Source: Antedon mediterranea (Eukaryota > Animalia > Echinodermata). From it: a DNA stretch of 64,000 nucleotides. The notes below the pieces were generated by a model. The model did no database searches. It was not told the DNA's origin and was given only the letters and a program-made list of their open reading frames with translations. The stretch is taken from positions 14,898,871-14,962,870 of the forward strand of contig NC_092676.1 of the NCBI RefSeq assembly GCF_964355755.1. Direction: 5' to 3'. Made by a program: the position numbers and the translations under genes. Position 1 is the first letter of the stretch. Every line of letters begins with the position of its first letter. Below are positions 56,187 through 64,000 of this stretch, in pieces.

Positions 56187-58629
56187 TTATATATATAAAT
56201 ATATATAGAGGATTAAGATTATAATATACAGCATTTAAAATTACCAACTATTAATTAATCAAATCACTTTTGATTAAGTTACTACAATCCTGAATTTGAG
56301 GTGATTACTAAGCTTTCTCTTAAAAAATAGGTCGCAAGAGTTACAGACGGATGTATCTTTGACATTCAAAGGCAAGGAATTCCAGATCCTCACAATTCTA
56401 GCAGGAATGCTAAATTTACCAGAATCCGTACTTGTTTATATTTGGCTTATATAAGTTTGAACTATTTTTCCCTTTAAAATGGTAATGGTCATTTTCTCGT
56501 CATTGATGTGATATATTTTCAATTGTTTTGTGTTAGTTCGATTAAAGTTAAACTTTATTCAATTAAATGTTTTAGGTGTTTTTTTTTTGCTGCTGGTGGT
56601 ATCTACAATATCTAAGCTAGCCATACTTGGGGTAAATGGGGTCTTTAGTCGAACTTTATAGGGGTCTGCCAGGGCCAAGGCAGTGTACAGATAGTCTGTA
56701 ATAGGTCATTTGGTATTGCTTACAATGTGCTAAATCATATAACATTGGTTGCTGGTGGTATCTACAATATCTAAGCTGGGATAGTTGGGGAAAGGGGGGT
56801 CTCTAGTCGAACTTTAGAGGGGTCTGCCAGGGCCAAGGCAGTGTACAGATAGTCTGTAATAGGTCATTTGGTATTTCTTACAATGTGCTAAATCATATAA
56901 CATTGGTTGCTGGTGGTATCTACAATATCTAAGCTGGGCTAGTTAGGGGAAGGGGGGCCTCTAGTCTAACTTTAGGGTGGGTGGCACTTGCGGTGCAGCA
57001 GACAATTAGTCTGTTGTTATCCATTTAGTATTGTATGAACACAACTTGTTCATTTGGCATTAATTTTGAGTGGTACCTCACTCATCTATGCTAACCCCAT
57101 TTTAGGCCCTCCCTCGGGGGGTCTGGCGGGCCTTTTGCAGCAGAGAAAAAGTCTGTCGTTTGTGATACTGGTATAAGGATGCCAATGGGCATCCCATGGT
57201 GGTAAAATTAGGTGGTATCTCTCTCATCTAACCTGGGCCGATTTTTTAGCACGTTTCGGGGTCCCCCCGGTCTAGACGCAGCAGGGGTACCCGGCAGACT
57301 CCCATTTTCATTGACTTCAAGTGACCCCCAACACACTTAAATAGTCAGATATTGGTACCTAGCTCATCTAACCAAATGTCTCTGGGCTGCCGGTCTAATA
57401 TAGGTTGTTCTATAATTTGTTCATAGGAAAGTGACATTTTAACAGAATATTGATTGAATTCAGCTAAATACTTTAACATTGATTTATATAATAAAGGCAT
57501 ACTACTGTAATGTGTTTCTTTATATTTTACATTTGATATATTTTCAATAACCTCTCTTGGACCTATTTTGTTAAAATACATTTTAGGTAAACACTTCCTT
57601 CCATTTTAATGTGTAATCATTGTTTAATCTTTTAAGCCATGACATTTGTAGTGCCTTGACTTGAGATCTGGAGTCTGGAGCATTTACTCCACCACTTTTA
57701 TAAATCATTGATTAATGTTAATCTTTTTATCTTTTCTGTTCTATTATTCCAAATAAAGTCGAATACAATTTTATCGACTTCATTTAAACGCATTCAGGGG
57801 TATCTATAATACTTGCGTTGTAGATTAACTTTGCTAACGTGTTTTTATTTAAAATCATAACTTTGCCAAATATCGAGAGGTTTCTTTTGTGCCATGTATC
57901 AAGCATTTTTTTAAAAGATTGAATTTTTTCAGACCAGTTTTTAGTAAAACATATTTCTTTGTCATGGCCAACATGTATACCTAGAATCTTAAAACTACTG
58001 TACACCCAATTGATGTTGAACACATTTTTGTCCTTCTTCTGTTTTTCCAACGCCCTAACCACATGGCATTGGTTTTTTCTTTGTTTAGCTTTAGACCTGG
58101 TACTAGACCAAATTCAACGATTTTATCAATGCTATTTTTTGGTTTTCATTTTTAGAAATAAAACTGTTAATTGTACAATTTTGACTTCAGTTGAAATAAA
58201 TACTTTTCCAATTGGTATAAGATAAATTGCCTCCCGCTAAATAAAAAAAAATCAAAGAAATAATAATTGATTTCCGAAAGAATTGCACTTCACTAGCCCC
58301 GCTAAAAATTAATAAATTGAATCGAATCGAATCTGGTGAAAGCTACACATATCTAGGTGTGAAATACTGTACTCTGCTGTTCGTTGTTAGAAATGATGGG
58401 GTACATAGAACTGTATTAAGTTTATTCTACTCATCGATTTATTTTATTTATTTATCTGGACCATATTTAATGAGGTAATCCATCCAGAAATTTCTGATAG
58501 TTGTCATATTGTCTGTATTTTATCCTATTGTTGTCATACTGTCTGTATTTTATCCTCTTTTTATTGTAATAATAATAATAGTAGTAATAATAATACATTT
58601 ATTATTTTTTATTTATAGTTAATAACAGG

Positions 58630-60215
58630 ATGAAAACCACAACAAATGATAATCCTATCGTAGCCAGTAATTCGTCGGAGTGTTCATTATACATAGAGCC
58701 TGAGTCAAAATGTGTAAAGAAATTCGCTTCAGCGCCATTTTTTACATTTTGCTTATGTTTGGTAATATTTGCCGATTCATATGCAGCGGGCACCGTAGCA
58801 AGTATGCTAACAACATTAGAACAACGTTACGAACTGATGGCCTCTGATTTAGGCTGGATTGTGAGTTCGTATAATATTGGAACATTGTCAATTATTTTGT
58901 TTGTTGTTCATATTGGCAGTCGAGACTCAAGCAACCGACCAAAATGGATTGGTATAGGATCAATAACAATGGCAGTCGGGGTGTTTGTGATGTGTCTTCC
59001 ACAATTTATATTTGAATCATACTCAACCATTAGTAACAGCAAGAATAATTCTAATATGACAACAAATAAATACCTTTGTATTGAGGAATTTGAATCATTT
59101 TGTGCAGTTGATAATGTATCCCGTTCTTCCGATAAGAGAATTGCTTTTTATCTACTTGTAGCTGGAATGTGTATTAATGGAATTGGCATAGCCCCGGTAA
59201 TGCCACTAGGGTTTTCTTACATCGACGATAGCGTACCCAAGTCAACTTCAGGTTTATATATCGGTAAGTGAGCTTATGATGTTATTATATAGGTCTACTC
59301 ATTTAAAAGTGACCACTTAAGATTTTTTTTTAAATTAAATCTATTTTTATTTTGTTGGTTTTTAGGCATTGTGCAGAGTATTTATGGATTTGGAACAATA
59401 TTGAGCTTTCTTCTAGGGGCAGTTTTCGTTCTGTTGTGGGTTGATTTTTATCGAATACAAACAACAGACATTGATATTAATTCGAACCACCCATCATGGG
59501 TTGGAGCATGGTGGATAGGACTTTTAATATCTGGTCTGTTGTATCTGCTTGGTTCATTTCCATTATTTCGATTTCCAAAGAAACTAGGCATTCATGTTGA
59601 TAAACTACCACCGAATACTGACCCTGAACGCGTAGTAGACGAGGATTTGGAAGTAGTAATCTTAAGAGGACATAAAATTGAAGGTAGGATTATACATTAC
59701 TATATAAACAGATTCAAAGAATATACAATGATACAACTCGTATATCAGAATATAATATCGATATAAATAAAACAAACACTGATCATGCAGTGCCGATAAA
59801 CTTGGACGCTCCTCCTCTTAACTAAAAAAACGAGTAAAATATTTGCACTCGCAGTTTTCTTTTCATTTAGTTTTTTTTCTATCCTACACGTTTTAAATAA
59901 TAGAAATAACAGCGAGAATAATTTTTCGATTAAAGAAACACTATACCTATGACAAAATGCAGTAAGTCAATCAAACCTCCTAACGTAAACTTAAACAAGC
60001 TGTTTTATTCATTATTCAATGTTTTTATTTTATAAATCGATTTTGATTAGATCTTGTAAATTCGATAAAACGTTTGCTCACAAATTCACCTTTCGTCGTA
60101 CTTATGGCTGGTATAACGGTTGAATATGGAATGTTTTTTGGAGAAGCTACATTCTTTCCAAAATATTTTGAGACACAGTTTGGATTGTCACCAACCAACG
60201 CAAATATACTGACAG
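58630..60215 (+). CDS. SLCO/OATP organic anion transporter, 5' part; exons 58630-59263, 59366-59683, 60051-60215, presumably continuing beyond the window
   Basis: Motifs SMLTTLEQRYEL, SSYNIG, NRPKWIGIG, CLPQFI, PLGFSYIDDSV, WVGAWWIG, FRFPKKL, KRLLTN and FPKYFETQFGLS. GT-AG junctions are in phase 1. Confidence 0.92.
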
Positions 60216-60439
60216 GTAGTACTGTGTGTTTTATATAGGCCTTGGATATACACCTTTCTATAATGTTCATCACTGTGGTATTTTTCAATATGATTGATGA
60301 AAAATGCCGTTATAACATACCTGTATCCTTATTAGCATTTGATTAATAGTTAATAGTATTAATACGTATCTCATATCTTTCTAAATTCGGCATTTCTGGT
60401 CCCATTTGAAATTTATTTGTTAGCTATCTTAATTGTCGA

Positions 60440-61350
60440 CAACGGCGTGTTGTCATACAAGGCCACGCTTCTGTTTGGCCTACTGTCCTGTAGAGTGTCC
60501 CTTAACCAAGGGTCTATCATTGGCCCCCTCTCATTTAATATTGTTATCAATTACCGTACCTTCCCCCTAACCGTGTTTACTTTTTGCCAATCATTTTCCT
60601 TTTCCCTTCAGTATGATCTTGTATCTCTCTTCAGATGGACCACTACCTGGAAACTTAGTTCAAACCTTCCTAAATATTAAATGTCTATTACTAAGAAAAA
60701 TTACAATCTTAATAACCATGTTCTTGAGAGAGTTAAACTTGATAGTTGATCTTGGTATCATTATTGACTGTAATCTAAATTTCATTCCGCAATTTAATGC
60801 GGCTGTCAGTAAAAAAGCTAAGTCGTACTTGCTGGTGCTACTCCTATTAATTTATATTTTACCCTCGTTCGCCTCCATCTTCAATATTTTAGTGTTGTGT
60901 CAATCAATTTTCGTCCACTCATTGTTCCTGTCTTCAATGAGTCCAAGATCGTTTTGTCTGTTCTACTTGTCACTGTCCCCCGTTATCTATTTCTCTCCCT
61001 TCCTTTGTTTCTCGTAGTTCTGTTGTAATTCCCGGTATAATTGTGATTTTTATCTCGTTCTCCTTTCAGGTTAAACCTGATAGATACTCGTAATTCTAAA
61101 TGTAATCTTTTATCTGTTCCTTTTTTCGTGTTAAATGGGTTTATTTCTCGTATCAGTTTACTTCTTAACAAGTGTGTTGAATGGACCGTTGTTTTACACA
61201 GTTATCAATGTTTTTGTAATACGTGATGTGATATTGCTTAAAGTTTTTACTATATTTTTAATCCATTCTATTAGTGGCGGATTTTCCCGCTGTCGGATGT
61301 GACTGAAAATAAATGAATGTATGAATGAATGAAGGAATAAACGAATAAAT
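60440..61350 (+). mobile_element. Decayed CR1/L2-group LINE 3' fragment
   Basis: Reads QGSIIGPLSFNIVIN, LQYDLVSLFRW..WKL and DLGIIIDCNLNF. The 3' end has AATAAA plus a (TGAA)n tail at about 61308-61350. Confidence 0.7.
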
Positions 61351-61356
61351 ACATAT

Positions 61357-62780
61357 TAGTCGAGTCAAACTGTTTCATTACCCCAAAAAAATTGCAAGAA
61401 ATTACAATAAAAAATGGTCTCAAAAAACATATATCAAAAGTTTACCAAAATTGGACTACCGCAAAGGTTCAAAATTTGACGTTAAAAAAGATGGCCGCCA
61501 ATTTTTGAAAATCGGTAACCGCTTGTAGTAGACAGCTGTATTTGGTGTCAAATTGTTCAAAATATATATGTTTATGTTTATATTTAAACTTTTTGAACAT
61601 TTTGTTGAAACATGACCAGAAATTCCATTTTGTGACCTTTGACATATATGGCATGACGTCTATATATCTACGTAACTGCAAATCACAGATACTTGATATT
61701 GGTGTCAAAATGTTCAGAACATACATATTTATATTTACCCTTTTTAAACATTTTGTTGAAACATGACCGGAAATTCCATTTTGTGACCTTTGACCCATAT
61801 ATGGCATAAAAAATGTTCACATCTACGTAACTAAAAATCATAGAACCTTGATATTGGTGTCAAAATGTTCAGAACATACATATTTATATTTACTGTTTTT
61901 GAAAATTTTTTTGAAAAATAATCGAAAACACTAGGTTTTCCCTTTGACACGATGTCTATGCAGAGCCTGTAATATACATACAGGATCTGGAAGAATTGCA
62001 TGTGAAAATGGATTAAAGGAATAAAAAACAATCAAATGAAAACAATGGCAAAGGAACTTGATTGTGCTACTATACAGTTTGAAAATAATGTAAAAATAAT
62101 AGATGCAGGAGAAAAATATCACGATACACACCAAGAAATGTCAACAAAAGGAAGAATTAAAACCATCTATAGCACATTGGCCTCTGATATGATATCAATG
62201 AGTTAAAAGCTGAACAGGTACAGATTAAATCAAAGTAATTGGAAGCAATAACAAGGGAGAAGTGAAACAATGCAAACTAGCACGTTTACAAGGATTAAAG
62301 GAAGGAGGTTAAAGGGGGAAAAAGTTGTAAGAGCTGTGGTGCAGTAATGAAAACAAAATATAATGGAATTCTTCTTTGACATGCCTCAAATCTTGAGCAA
62401 GCAAACTTGAAGAAATGTCGAAGAAGTGAAAAAACAGAGTGATGAAGACATAATATGAACATGGACATTACAATGATAAAATAGTTAAATTATGGATTTA
62501 TTAAACAACAACAACAAAGTATATTGTTGGAGCTAGAAATGCTATAAACTACATGTGTTTCACAACTTGGAAGCTTGGAGGCAGAGCCATTGTCAAAAAT
62601 ACACATGGATTAGTTGTCATCCTCGCAAGAACTGCTTGACAAATCCAATCATACATTACATCTAGATGGAACGTCTAAAAAGGAGAAAACTATGGCACAG
62701 TTGGAATTGTCACGATTCGAACATCTACCAAAAGTTATGGGAAACTGGGAACAATGATGGCAAATCAACAGATGAATTAA
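61357..62780 (+). mobile_element. Left part of a TAG-terminal DNA transposon with subrepeats of about 156 bp and a transposase-like relic
   Basis: Starts TAGTCGAGTC (compare TAGTCCAGTC at 11424). TTGGTGTCAAA recurs at 61542, 61699 and 61854 with TGACCTTTGAC. Internal sequence reads KSNHTLHLDGTSKK. Confidence 0.55.
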
Positions 62781-62784
62781 TTAT

Positions 62785-64000
62785 TTAATCTTTCTTTATT
62801 CTGAAATACACTTTCAATACAATGTACTGATTTCCAAAGTGGTTCAGTTCTTAACTACATAAATGTAAACAAAATACAGTATATAAATGGATAAAAGAAA
62901 ATATAAAATTAAACCTAAAATTATCAAAATCAAATTAAAACAATTAAAGTAAGCACATTTAAAGGTTAAAACATAAATAATTGAGATTTTGAAACAAGAT
63001 AAAAGAAGTTTTAATCATTGAGCATTAATTAGATTTAGTTTTGAATTAAAATTAAAGTTTTGAAATTTGTGATTTGAAAGTTGATACTGTCATATCATAA
63101 AGATCATTTTTTATTTTGTTAGGTAGAAAGTTCCATAATTTTGTAGATCTGTAATTAAAAGTTCTTTTACCTTGAGTATTATTCCATTTAGGTATTATCA
63201 AAGTGTTGTTACTTTGACTTCGTGTACCTTTATTGTGACAATCTTCAGTAAATATAAATTGAGTTGATAAATAGGGTGGTGCATGTCCATTTAGGCACTT
63301 GAAAAGTAATATTAGAATATGTTCATTCCATTTGTCCTTTAGTGTACTCCAACCAAGTGAGTTTAGGATATCACTAACATGAGTTTTGACATCTACAGAT
63401 AATAATATTCTACCTAATCTATTTAATAAAATTTGAAGAGAATCTGAAAAGTTTACTTTACAATTTGACCAGACACAACTACAATAATCAAATAAAGGAA
63501 TAACTAGTGCATTGGCTAACATTTTCAGAGTGTTTGATGGAATAAAATATTTTATACGACGAATAACACCAATGCGTTTGGTAACTTTTGATGAAAGGCT
63601 ATCAATATGATCAGCCCATGTTAGTTGAGTGTCAAAAGTTACACCTAAATATTTAAAAGAATTTACTCTCTCAATAATATGGTTATTAAAAGAAACAGAG
63701 ATATTTTTAAACTTACTATACATGTGAGTAGTACTAAAAACCATAAGCTTTGTCTTTTTAATATTTAATGTTAGTTGGTTATCATTAAGCCATTGAGTAA
63801 CTTGATTAAAATTTACATCTATTTCAATTTGAAGCCTAAGTGGGTCAGATGAACTACATAAAAGTGTGGTATCATCAGCATACATGACACATTTACATGA
63901 TAAAGAATTAGGAAGTGAGTTAACATATAAAATAAAAAGCAATGGTCCTAATATTGAACCTTGAGGAACTCCGATATTTACATTCAGTGATTCAGATTTA
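62785..64000 (-). mobile_element. L2/Crack-type LINE 3' end with uninterrupted RT ORF (>64000-63052)
   Basis: Reads GVPQGSILGPLLFILYVN, YADDTTL, FKYLGV and a C-terminal RTFNYRSTKLWNFLP. The 3' UTR has a stem-loop and AATAAA near 62790-62850. Confidence 0.92.

Larger units (their letters stand above)
52224..57397. mobile_element. Giant foldback element (TAG...CTA ends, 3-bp TSD ATA, 1.5/1.2-kb inverted arms with subrepeats of about 160 bp); Academ-like
   Basis: Termini TAGACTGGCAGCCCAGAGAC / GTCTCTGGGCTGCCGGTCTA, with ATA on both flanks. Arms 52224-about 53745 and about 56200-57397 are near-identical inverted copies that meet at an (AT)n tract. Confidence 0.9.
51900..58200 (-). mobile_element. 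L1/Tx1-type LINE ORF2 relic, split into 58200-57398 and 52223-about 51900
   Basis: Reads FKILGI..WSEKIQ..WHKRNLSIFGKVMIL..LIY and YEQIIEQPI | WGNNLITHNG..WIGSGI. The frame rejoins exactly across the insertion. Confidence 0.8.

Noticed and set aside
61469-62134. ORFs of 66-112 aa in the SLCO intron
   Set aside because: They are translations of the 156-bp subterminal repeats and adjacent low-complexity DNA.

Overview
AT-rich eukaryotic (animal) genomic DNA with spliceosomal introns. It is probably a marine invertebrate deuterostome such as an echinoderm, an inference from the repeat families. Host genes, assembled by hand from GT-AG exons: the 3' end of CSTF2 (+); three divergent paralogous tetraspanins (two on -, one on +, the last two head-to-head with start codons about 440 bp apart); a complete UBE2T (+); and the first three coding exons of an SLCO/OATP transporter (+). 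The rest is dense with often nested mobile DNA: CR1/L2/Rex1/L1-Tx1 LINE fragments, one CR1 with a degenerate 2A-like StopGo motif before a PHD finger, Gypsy relics, a Deu/Nin-domain tRNA SINE, a free tRNA-like gene, MITEs, a probable Crypton relic, and a Penelope element with a minimal hammerhead ribozyme. The most striking structure is a set of long foldback elements with TAG...CTA ends, 3-bp target duplications and 150-160-bp subrepeats in their arms. One is a near spacer-less palindrome of about 2.7 kb that splits an L1/Tx1 ORF and carries the Penelope element at its (AT)n axis. All family assignments come from motif recognition by eye; no database search was run.
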